32,000 nucleotides of DNA, taken from contig NQJD01000007.1 in assembly GCA_004284765.1 (NCBI GenBank), forward strand, positions 60,001 through 92,000, read 5' to 3'. Numbering within the stretch: position 1 is the stretch's first letter; every line of letters starts with the position of its first letter. The notes below the pieces were generated by a model, which saw nothing but the letters and a program-made list of their open reading frames with translations, had not been told where the DNA came from and did no database searches. Source of the DNA: Candidatus Electronema aureum. Its GTDB lineage: Bacteria; Desulfobacterota; Desulfobulbia; Desulfobulbales; Desulfobulbaceae. Below, piece by piece: positions 1 to 7,812 of this stretch. A program made the translations under genes and the position numbers.

Positions 1-3000
1 GAAGAATGAAGAAGTAAAAAGTCGCTTGTCAGCGGTATTGTTGTTCAACTCATTAGCTTTGATTGGAGCACCGCCAAAGCGCAACGCCCCGACGAGAATA
101 GTACCCCATCCACCAGGATGCACGCACTTGGTTTTGTAATCCGCAGAAGTTGGATCGGCACATTCCGCTTCTGGTTGGAATATCTGCGCGTCAAAGATAC
201 GGGGTTTCTGATCGACATAATACTTATGCGCGTAATGCTTGTCAGCCAAGCATTTCAGATGTGGCTGGAGGTTATAGGGAATGTAGGCCCACATTTCCTG
301 ACCAAGAGCGGCCTTTCCGGTTCCACAGCTCCCGTTGACTGGTGTCACTGCGCAGTTGCCATTACTGTCATCAAGCGCGTCAGTGCAGCAGAACTGGCCC
401 TTGTTTTCAAAGTAGAAGCCACCGTTCATCGCGTGCAGCATACCGTCATTGCCACCGAAATAAACCATGTTACGACGACCTTTCCATTTTTCCACGAAAT
501 CCCGGTAGGTCGGATCGCGGTAGATGTAATGATAGGCTTCAGCAGGTTTGGCCACGACAATGGGTGTAGAATGGATGATATCGCCGAGCCGCCACGTATC
601 TGCTAACAGATCGTCAGGATCCAATTTATGGAAATAACGAGACCGCAGAGCTGTGTCTATTCTGCCATTACCGTTGTTGTCCGCAGATTCGTCACTGAGC
701 GAATCAACTCCTTGTATCCACTGAATCAGCGCGTCAAGAGCACCACGCTCCCGTCTGGTGTTGTACGCCGCGTCAGTTTCATTTAGCAAGCGTGCCTCAT
801 AGCCCGCAAAGGTTTCCCAGTCGGCAGAAGTCAAGAAATCATTACCCACCGGGCCTCGGTTGTTGTTCGCTGCGATAGTGTTGAGGGCGGCTAATTTGGT
901 ACTGTCAAGGTCTTTCAACAGGAATTGCTCTCCGTCATCTACCTTGCCATCATTATTAGCATCATTCCACGTGTAGATTTTACGATCAGTTACCACATTC
1001 ATCTTTGCCAACCTTTTATTAGCCGACCAAAGATATTTAATGTTGTTGATCTCTACGCATTTCGCGCCTGAGCATTGCGGATCAGGGTCTGTTGCTGTTT
1101 TTGCTGGCTCACCCGGACACTGCGGGCTGGTGGGGCTGCTGGCATAAAATCCGGTAATATCATAGCAGCCACGGGTTCTGTTTGCTGCGCTGCTGAAATA
1201 GAACAGCACTTGTTTGTCAGCAGGAGGATCGAGCTTGCCGTTTCCGTTGGTATCCTCATACATCAAACCAGCCGAGCTGACGAAGAGCGAATGCACATCG
1301 CCGACCCAGCTCACCTTATTATTTTTGAGCGCACCATCTAATTTCGCTTTGTCCTCATATTTTGGCCAGAAGACAGCCTGATAGACTGCGCCGGAGCCGC
1401 TGCGCGAGCTGGAGATAACCGAAGCTGCCGAACCTGCGGACGCGCGGCTAAGAATGTCGTCTAAAACTGCGTAAAGGTTGTCCTCAAGCTGCTGCGGATT
1501 CTCGCCGGGATAATAGTTATCGGTGCCGCCCTTGTCTGCGGCGTACTCCATCAGTGTTTTCGGATTGCATTCGCCAGTTCCGACATCACTCAATACGCCG
1601 GTGGTGACGACATGGGTGAAGATATTCTGCTTAGGTACCTGGTTGCCATCCGGGTCGAGGATATACCTCTTTTTGTAGATTGGCCACACATGCTGGCCCC
1701 ACCACGTCATATCATCCAGATACGTGCTGCGGAACAGCTTATCGCCGCACGGAGTTGAAGTGCCGGGTGTGAAAGCAGGCTCGGCGGTGCCGTCTCCGAT
1801 AAGATCGCCGGTCTCCTTCTTGGGAAAGTAAGCAGCTTGATTTACAGTCGTTGGACTAGCAGCGAAGGCAACAACATCTGGGTGAACATCTGTTGTGGAC
1901 TCACCTTCAGAGATTACCAAAATGTGGTTATCTTGGCACCAGAACTGCACCGGGTCTGTGTCGAGTGCGTAGTTCGTGCAGTTACCGCTGGCATCTTGCT
2001 GGAGGCAGAAATCAAGGCACTTGCCGGTGCTGTCCTTTTTCATGCAGAAAGTGTCGTTCTGGGTGTAGTAGCCCAAAGCGTTGTACAAGGCTTCACCCAG
2101 CGGTGTCCATGAAGTTCCCCGGACAGTGTTGATCGCAGCGGCCATATCATCAACATGGAGCCGTTTACTGCCGGAATATTCAGGGTCACTCGCATTGACT
2201 ACGTCATCACCTGCTTTCAGTTGCGCGATTAACTGCGCACCATCACGATTTCCAGTTGGGCAGTAGCGTGTGATACCGGGCGTAACATACGAACTCGAAC
2301 ATTCAGTGGCTGCGCCTACGTAATGGAAGGCCATCGCACCGAGTCGCAGGTCTTTCTTCACCGAATGAATAACTCCTGTAGGCCGGGTTGGTTGCTGGAT
2401 GTAGCCCTTCATGGTGGCGAGGGGATTGGTGCCGCCCATCAAGGCGATAATTCCTGAATCAGCGACCACGCCGGGAACGTTCCACGTTTGAGTGGTGTCA
2501 CCCGCTTGGTCTGAGGGATCAATTACCTCAGGTACTGCGGTGTCCGTGCAGTAGTCAATACTGGCTTGGGTAATGCAGTCATCAACATTGACAGTAGGAT
2601 CCCATCCAGCCGGTGTACTGATAGTCCGAGGAGTAGCTCCTACGGTGCAGCTGGCACCAGAGCCGTCATCCCATTGATATAGTGGTGTCCATGTTGTGCA
2701 GTCAGTTAACTTATTACTGGTACATGTATAATTGTATCCAGCCTTGTTCTTGAACCAAGGTTTTTTGTTATCTGGAGAATAGGTACACTCGGTCGCAGGT
2801 GCTGTAAAGTCGCAGCCTCCATTGGCCAAGCTCACCGCCGGTTTTGGCACACAGTTAGCCATCGAACTCTGGGCTGGTCGCCAGCAGCGGCCTATATAGC
2901 CAGCTCGCTGTACCGGATTGGTGATGTTCTTATCGTAAATGCCGTAGCAAATATAGGCACCATAAGCCGGAACAAGAGTGGAAGGCGCATAGGCAGGATT

Positions 3001-4545
3001 TTTGCTGGTGCCGGTGTACAAATCTCCACATTCTTTCTGGACAGTGCTGATGTTGCGAATTGAGTTATCTTTCCACCACTTAGAGCAAAACTGAAGACTG
3101 TGGTTCAACATCGGTCGCTGATGCGTAATTGCCGTGTCATTGGCAGGAAAGGTCTCCAAGCACTGGGTGATCGGCTGGCTCCAGTTGGCACCGTTCGGGT
3201 CTTTGTTCAGAATGGTGTCCAGCATATCCTGACATTGACCGGAGATTTGCAGGCCAGTCGCAGTGACAGCCAGCACCTCTAGGCGAGAGGTGTCATCGCT
3301 GCTATCAACCCGATCTTGGAGAAAAGGTAAATCGCTGTCCTCATATTTGGAGCCTCGAACACCGAGCGACAAATAACCAGCAGTGCCGTCCAATTTTACT
3401 TGCTTGATCATCCTCGAACCAGAACAACCCCGATGTTCACCGACCAGCACATTTTCATAATAATTGTGCTTGCCGCCAGTCAGAATCTTCTTCTCTACAT
3501 CAAACTTAGAGGCCATCGCCCAGTTAAGGAAATTGCCGCGCGCGACAAACGAAGTCACTTTTTTTGGTGTAGAAGTGTTGATAGTAAGACAGAGGTTATC
3601 AGCGCGGGTGTATTTTGTTCCAGTACCAGAGCAGGCTGCGGTGGCAGATGACGGGGCTGTTGCCAGACTCTCAAATGCACCTTGCCGCAGGCTCTTCCAT
3701 TTTGTCGTGTCTTTGCCCGGCACATTGCCGCTGTTGCTGTTGACCAAAGACTGATACAGAATCCCGTTATAAGTAACGATGCTGCCGATCGAATACGGCT
3801 CACTACTCATCCACGTATATTCGACCGGCACCCAGTCTGTTACACCCGTCTTGTCGGTGAGTTTTAGCCCGGTACTTGTACCACCAGCGGCGGTGTAATA
3901 AAGCTGCGGGCCGTACCAAGTAAAAGAATTTGCCGGATAAGTTATACCGCTTGCCCATTTGCTACGGCTGGGTGTGATACCACTGATGCCCAGCTTGTTC
4001 CACTCAACCCCGGTGCTTTTGTCGATGCTTGCGCCCGTCGATACTCCTGCTGTGGCTGCCTCATATATATTTCCGTAAGCCTGTACCCTGCTGCCAACAG
4101 CGTATGTGGTGCCGCTCGTCCACTCATCAGGAGGATATGCTTTCGTCCAAGTGTACCAAGTATCGCTTTTGAAATAACCGCCATAGACATACGCGGTGTC
4201 ATAGCCAGTGACAGTGGTGATCTTGGTGGTTGTGGTACTGCCACCCTGCGTTGAGACAGAGACAATGTCATAATCGCCATCCATGCAACGCTGATACGTC
4301 GCTTGGAGGGAGTTGTTAATCATCACCGGCGTTGTGCCATTAAAAATTTTTCCCTGCTTGCTGTAGGCTGCGTCCAGCATCGAGCCGGAGTTGTCTAACA
4401 CCATCAGCAGGTTGGGCTTGGCACCAGATGAAAGGAACGGAGGAATACCGACTCCTTCGCTGCATGTTTCAATAGCTCGCCCGATTGTTGGCTGTAGTGC
4501 TACTACAGCTAAAAAGGACAGGGCTGCATAACTTGTCTTTTTCAT
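1..4545 (-). CDS. pilY1: PilY1-like type IV pilus tip adhesin/biogenesis protein; 5' end complete, 3' end runs off the window (at least 1515 codons)
   Basis: Absent from the ORF track because no stop codon lies in the window. The reverse frame is open from the ATG (cat at 4543-4545, GGGAGA SD just upstream) to base 1. It has a signal peptide (MKKTSYAALSFLAVVALQP) and a VWA/MIDAS motif DNSGS at aa 51-55. C-terminal PilY1/PilC propeller motifs are WRLGDIIHSTPIVV, VYFGGNDGMLHAMN and GQEMWAYIPYN. It lies directly downstream of the pilX-like gene, as in fimU-pilVWXY1 operons. Confidence 0.88.
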   Translation of the reverse strand, partial: MKKTSYAALSFLAVVALQPTIGRAIETCSEGVGIPPFLSSGAKPNLLMVLDNSGSMLDAAYSKQGKIFNGTTPVMINNSLQATYQRCMDGDYDIVSVSTQGGSTTTTKITTVTGYDTAYVYGGYFKSDTWYTWTKAYPPDEWTSGTTYAVGSRVQAYGNIYEAATAGVSTGASIDKSTGVEWNKLGISGITPSRSKWASGITYPANSFTWYGPQLYYTAAGGTSTGLKLTDKTGVTDWVPVEYTWMSSEPYSIGSIVTYNGILYQSLVNSNSGNVPGKDTTKWKSLRQGAFESLATAPSSATAACSGTGTKYTRADNLCLTINTSTPKKVTSFVARGNFLNWAMASKFDVEKKILTGGKHNYYENVLVGEHRGCSGSRMIKQVKLDGTAGYLSLGVRGSKYEDSDLPFLQDRVDSSDDTSRLEVLAVTATGLQISGQCQDMLDTILNKDPNGANWSQPITQCLETFPANDTAITHQRPMLNHSLQFCSKWWKDNSIRNISTVQKECGDLYTGTSKNPAYAPSTLVPAYGAYICYGIYDKNITNPVQRAGYIGRCWRPAQSSMANCVPKPAVSLANGGCDFTAPATECTYSPDNKKPWFKNKAGYNYTCTSNKLTDCTTWTPLYQWDDGSGASCTVGATPRTISTPAGWDPTVNVDDCITQASIDYCTDTAVPEVIDPSDQAGDTTQTWNVPGVVADSGIIALMGGTNPLATMKGYIQQPTRPTGVIHSVKKDLRLGAMAFHYVGAATECSSSYVTPGITRYCPTGNRDGAQLIAQLKAGDDVVNASDPEYSGSKRLHVDDMAAAINTVRGTSWTPLGEALYNALGYYTQNDTFCMKKDSTGKCLDFCLQQDASGNCTNYALDTDPVQFWCQDNHILVISEGESTTDVHPDVVAFAASPTTVNQAAYFPKKETGDLIGDGTAEPAFTPGTSTPCGDKLFRSTYLDDMTWWGQHVWPIYKKRYILDPDGNQVPKQNIFTHVVTTGVLSDVGTGECNPKTLMEYAADKGGTDNYYPGENPQQLEDNLYAVLDDILSRASAGSAASVISSSRSGSGAVYQAVFWPKYEDKAKLDGALKNNKVSWVGDVHSLFVSSAGLMYEDTNGNGKLDPPADKQVLFYFSSAANRTRGCYDITGFYASSPTSPQCPGEPAKTATDPDPQCSGAKCVEINNIKYLWSANKRLAKMNVVTDRKIYTWNDANNDGKVDDGEQFLLKDLDSTKLAALNTIAANNNRGPVGNDFLTSADWETFAGYEARLLNETDAAYNTRRERGALDALIQWIQGVDSLSDESADNNGNGRIDTALRSRYFHKLDPDDLLADTWRLGDIIHSTPIVVAKPAEAYHYIYRDPTYRDFVEKWKGRRNMVYFGGNDGMLHAMNGGFYFENKGQFCCTDALDDSNGNCAVTPVNGSCGTGKAALGQEMWAYIPYNLQPHLKCLADKHYAHKYYVDQKPRIFDAQIFQPEAECADPTSADYKTKCVHPGGWGTILVGALRFGGAPIKANELNNNTADKRLFTSSFF

Positions 4546-4576
4546 AATACATCTCCCAGCGTTATATTACTTCCGC

Positions 4577-5260
4577 TCATGGATAATTGCAGGCACCACT
4601 TGAACCAAGGACATGGCCGTATTGGATGCAGATTACTGATTCGCTGCCGTCCCGACCCACATGCTGCACGTTGATATCATAGACCAGCGTGGCTCCGCCG
4701 CTGCCCATTCCTTTACCAACACCCTCATAGCCTGCTGCCATCTGAAGGGCCGAGCCTTCGGTCAACTTGGTGTTGCCGCCAATGTTGATATTGGAATGAG
4801 GCTGATTGTTGGTTGCCACCGGATCAAATAGACCACTCGGAGCTGGGGCGGTGAAAACCGCTGGAAAAACAAGGTTGCGGTTCGTATCGCTGGGAATTGC
4901 GATACCATTCGGCGCGTAGTTTCTCCAAAATCCCAGTGAATTACCTTCAATTGCCAAATCGAATCCCGGTGCGCCCACCATCCGCATGACCGAATTAGCA
5001 GGATTAGCGGTATCGGTGGTGTTGGCCCTAAAACCAAGGCAGGCAACGCTCTGTTCCAGTGACTCTGAAGCCAGCTCTGTTGCCGCGTCTGCGCTGTAGA
5101 AGGTCTCTTTATGTAAGCGGTCATTCATAGCAATCCGCCATTCGATATCCGTGTTCTGGTTCACTGCAATCCCCAGCAGAGTGAGAACAAGAAGAATGAG
5201 TAAGGAGGCGACCAGTACAAAGCCTTCTTCGCCGCTTCGGCATTTTTTTCGCTTTTTCAT
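4577..5260 (-). CDS. pilX: PilX-like minor pilin / PilX N-terminal domain protein (227 aa)
   Basis: The ORF-track call 4577..5353 was trimmed to the internal ATG at 5258-5260, which has an AAAGAGG SD. The N-terminus MKKRKKCRSGEEG|FVLVASLLILLVLTLLGIAV matches the PilX_N pattern, and the gene sits between the pilV-like gene and pilY1. Confidence 0.6.
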   Translation of the reverse strand: MKKRKKCRSGEEGFVLVASLLILLVLTLLGIAVNQNTDIEWRIAMNDRLHKETFYSADAATELASESLEQSVACLGFRANTTDTANPANSVMRMVGAPGFDLAIEGNSLGFWRNYAPNGIAIPSDTNRNLVFPAVFTAPAPSGLFDPVATNNQPHSNINIGGNTKLTEGSALQMAAGYEGVGKGMGSGGATLVYDINVQHVGRDGSESVICIQYGHVLGSSGACNYP

Positions 5261-5273
5261 GGCGACCTCTTTG

Positions 5274-5771
5274 CTAATTTTTCTTTGCATTCTGTTTAAT
5301 GTAGTTAAACACTGCCAGCTCTTGCTCGCCAAGTCCTCTATCAACGGTGACAATCACTCGGATGTGTTTAGGTTTTTGCTCATCCTGCTCCGGCGTAACA
5401 TCAATTATGCTATTCATGGAACAATTTTTTGCAACATTCCAATACATTCTGTAGAGCGGCACGGTACCGCTACTATCGTCGCCGTCTGCACGCGCTGGAT
5501 TGCCAGCAGATGCAGGCTTACGGTCGTTCAGCCCGTTGCAACCATCGTTGTCAGTATCCTTAAGCTGGATGTAGTCTTGGCCGAGCAATAGCTCAATGCG
5601 GTCGGTTGCCCATGTTGCCCCGCTGGTGATGCTGTTAGCGGTGAGATTTTTTTTGATCACCGCAGACTGCATTCCAAAAAGACCGAGAATGCCGATGGTA
5701 AAAATTGCCATTGCCATCAGCGTTTCAATGACAGTGAAGCCGGTTTGACCGGTATTGCGTGTATTTTTCAT
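5274..5771 (-). CDS. pilV: PilV-like type IV minor pilin (165 aa)
   Basis: It has a prepilin leader and N-methylation motif (MKNTRNTGQTG|FTVIETLMAMAIFTIGILGLFGMQ). This is typical of PilV-type minor pilins and fits the operon context. Confidence 0.7.
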   Translation of the reverse strand: MKNTRNTGQTGFTVIETLMAMAIFTIGILGLFGMQSAVIKKNLTANSITSGATWATDRIELLLGQDYIQLKDTDNDGCNGLNDRKPASAGNPARADGDDSSGTVPLYRMYWNVAKNCSMNSIIDVTPEQDEQKPKHIRVIVTVDRGLGEQELAVFNYIKQNAKKN

Positions 5772-5773
5772 AG

Positions 5774-6475
5774 CTATAGCCCAACGTTGCGGAGTTCAAT
5801 GGAAGTAACGAGCAGCCGCCGATGAAAATGATCATTGGGCGGGTTGCTGGAGCCGTTGTTGAGACTTGCCCATGCCGTGCCAGAACTTGGTATATATTGT
5901 GTGGTGTCCGTATGCCGTGGGTCAGGATACGAGGCACGGATCAGGATAGAGAGCCGGACAATGCGGGTGTCAGCAATGTTTGTAGCCTCAGGTGGCGGAG
6001 TTCCGTTACCCTGAAGATATAAGAATTCGATACCATCCACGCCCTCGGCTATAGTTCTTGTCTGGCCGGGTCCGACTACTCCGGTTCCGATGTTGATCAG
6101 GGTCAGATTGCGGTCCAAATTATTGTTGTTTATTGAATACATAACTCGGTTCAACACCCATTGATTGGTGGTGCTGTCTCGGTCGCAATATTCAAAGAAA
6201 AATTCCTGAGATTTTTTGATCAGGATGCCGCCATTATCTTTATTGACTCTGCAAACACCTCCTGGATCATACCCAGCCATCCGTATATCCCTATTCATGA
6301 AATCAAGAACTGACCTGAGCTTCTGCTGCATCTCCGTCACTTGTTCCTGAACAGTGTATGACCGCTGCTGAATGGTGTACACACCATATATTCCACCAAT
6401 CACCATGCTGGAGATGGCCATTGAGACCATGATCTCAATCAGGGTGAATCCGTTTTTTTTTGGCTTCTTTTTCAT
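5774..6475 (-). CDS. pilW: PilW-like type IV minor pilin (233 aa)
   Basis: The N-terminus is MKKKPKKNG|FTLIEIMVSMAISSMVIGGIYGVY, followed by LRSVLDFMNRDIRMAGYDP, which matches the PilW signature ...RDIRMAGY. An AGGTG SD lies upstream. Confidence 0.7.
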   Translation of the reverse strand: MKKKPKKNGFTLIEIMVSMAISSMVIGGIYGVYTIQQRSYTVQEQVTEMQQKLRSVLDFMNRDIRMAGYDPGGVCRVNKDNGGILIKKSQEFFFEYCDRDSTTNQWVLNRVMYSINNNNLDRNLTLINIGTGVVGPGQTRTIAEGVDGIEFLYLQGNGTPPPEATNIADTRIVRLSILIRASYPDPRHTDTTQYIPSSGTAWASLNNGSSNPPNDHFHRRLLVTSIELRNVGL

Positions 6476-6515
6476 AATTCACCTGCTTTTGCTTGACGAT
6501 GCTTCCGCAGCCTGT

Positions 6516-7034
6516 TCAATCTTTGTCCCAAGATGTTCCGTTGAATCTTCTTACCTTGACAGTTCCGTATGTTGTTGTCGTGATGGCATAGCATACATCT
6601 TGATTTTGATTATGTAAGTACGTAGTGCCTTGATTTGCTGTTCCTGTAACTCCAAAAGTAATGTTTGTTTTGATCTCGGTGAATGATTCATTGTCCCATT
6701 TTTTGACTGCCTTTCCTCTGCCGTAATCAACATTTTCGTAATCGGACAGATTTTTTCTGAATTCCCCTGAGTCCCATTTTTTGTTATCATTGCTATCAAA
6801 ATAATAATACCCCGGGCTGACTGATGTAATAAATTTTACAGGAACTTTTTTGTTTTTCCTCACCGCCAGTAACCTCGCCTTTTGCATGTCCGCATATAAA
6901 TTTCTGGCCGCGTTTTTCAGTCGTTTCTCTGGCAGAGTGCGGAGAAAACTGGGTAACGATATTGCTGACAGTATTCCAATCAAGGCGATAACTACCATCA
7001 ACTCAACAAAGGAGAAACCAGCTTCAGTTCTCAT
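6516..7034 (-). CDS. GspH/FimT/FimU-family minor pilin, paralog B (172 aa)
   Basis: The N-terminus is MRTEAG|FSFVELMVVIALIGILSAISLPSFLRTLPEKRLKNAARNLYADMQKARL. The prepilin motif plus the conserved 'R...A...l...l..AR' region is characteristic of the GspH/FimT family. Confidence 0.75.
   Translation of the reverse strand: MRTEAGFSFVELMVVIALIGILSAISLPSFLRTLPEKRLKNAARNLYADMQKARLLAVRKNKKVPVKFITSVSPGYYYFDSNDNKKWDSGEFRKNLSDYENVDYGRGKAVKKWDNESFTEIKTNITFGVTGTANQGTTYLHNQNQDVCYAITTTTYGTVKVRRFNGTSWDKD
6888..7016. repeat. Copy B of a 129-nt direct repeat (5' coding region of the FimT-like paralogs)
   Basis: Hand alignment with 7441..7569 gives 103/129 identical bases and no gaps. Confidence 0.8.
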
Positions 7035-7053
7035 TTGTGCAGCATTAATTCCA

Positions 7054-7611
7054 TTATTCCCATGAAGAACCGCTGTATCTTCTTAATCGCACCGAGCCAA
7101 AATCTGTTGTCGTTGCAGCATAACAGACATCAGTGCTTTGATCTGTAAGAAAAACACTGGCGGCATCTGATGCACCTATCTTGCCAAATTTAATGTTATT
7201 CGCTATAGTACAGGCATTGGCAACTACTGTATTCCAAGCACAGCTACCTGTAGGAACACTGGCAAAACCATAACCAACTGCGCCAGTTTCAGACAAATTC
7301 CTTCTGAATTCACTTGCATCCCAGATACCGTTATCATTAATATCAAAATAATAAAAATCATTTTTATTACCTGTATTATCAACAAATATCATTCTGATAT
7401 CTCTGTTTTCTTTAACGGCCTGTAATCTTGCTCGTTGCAAGTCCGAATATAAATTCCTTGCCGCGTTTTTCAGTCGTTTTTCAGGTAAGCCTCTCAGAAA
7501 ACTTGGCAGGACTATTCCTGATAATATTCCAATTAAGGCAATAACTACCATCAGCTCGACAAAGGAGAACCCTGACTTGTCCTTCGCGTATCGTTTGATT
7601 CTTTCCGTCAT
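7054..7611 (-). CDS. GspH/FimT/FimU-family minor pilin, paralog A (185 aa); first gene of the minor-pilin operon
   Basis: The N-terminus is MTERIKRYAKDKSG|FSFVELMVVIALIGILSGIVLPSFLRGLPEKRLKNAARNLYSDLQRARL. An AAGGTG SD lies 8 nt upstream. It is paralogous to 6516..7034 over its whole length. Confidence 0.75.
   Translation of the reverse strand: MTERIKRYAKDKSGFSFVELMVVIALIGILSGIVLPSFLRGLPEKRLKNAARNLYSDLQRARLQAVKENRDIRMIFVDNTGNKNDFYYFDINDNGIWDASEFRRNLSETGAVGYGFASVPTGSCAWNTVVANACTIANNIKFGKIGASDAASVFLTDQSTDVCYAATTTDFGSVRLRRYSGSSWE
7441..7569. repeat. Copy A of a 129-nt direct repeat (5' coding region of the FimT-like paralogs)
   Basis: Hand alignment with 6888..7016 gives 103/129 identical bases and no gaps. 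Confidence 0.8.
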
Positions 7612-7659
7612 GGCATCACACCTTGTTCAGGCTTGCGGTTGAAGTACCCCTTTTTGTTC

Positions 7660-7677
7660 ATGCAAATTCTGTTCCCG
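7660..7677 (-). promoter_or_regulatory. Candidate sigma54 (-24/-12) promoter of the minor-pilin operon
   Basis: The minus strand reads cGGGAACAGAATTTGCAT, with GG-N10-GC spacing and an exact TTGCA -12 element. The -24 hexamer matches TGGCAC at 4 of 6 positions. The site lies about 50 nt upstream of the ATG at 7611, and a sigma54 activator (pilR) is encoded next door. Confidence 0.45.
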
Positions 7678-7812
7678 CTTCAGTGGTATCTGTGTAGACA
7701 CGTAACTTATTGCAATGCAACAGTAAAAAAACACCTGCTTAATTCCTCTCGTTTGCTTCAGCTACTCAGTGTGAAAATAAATCATATTGCTACTGCTGAT
7801 TGTAAAAATATT

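Noticed and set aside
118-606. A 162-aa plus-strand ORF, and other plus-strand ORFs between 1 and 4300 in the track
   Set aside because: They are antisense to the uninterrupted pilY1 frame, which has strong family motifs. Their translations are low-complexity or Arg/Cys-rich and have no start context.
5261-5353. An N-terminal 31-aa extension of the pilX-like ORF
   Set aside because: It overlaps the 3' end of the pilV-like gene. The internal ATG at 5260 has an AAAGAGG SD and yields the expected basic leader plus hydrophobic helix.
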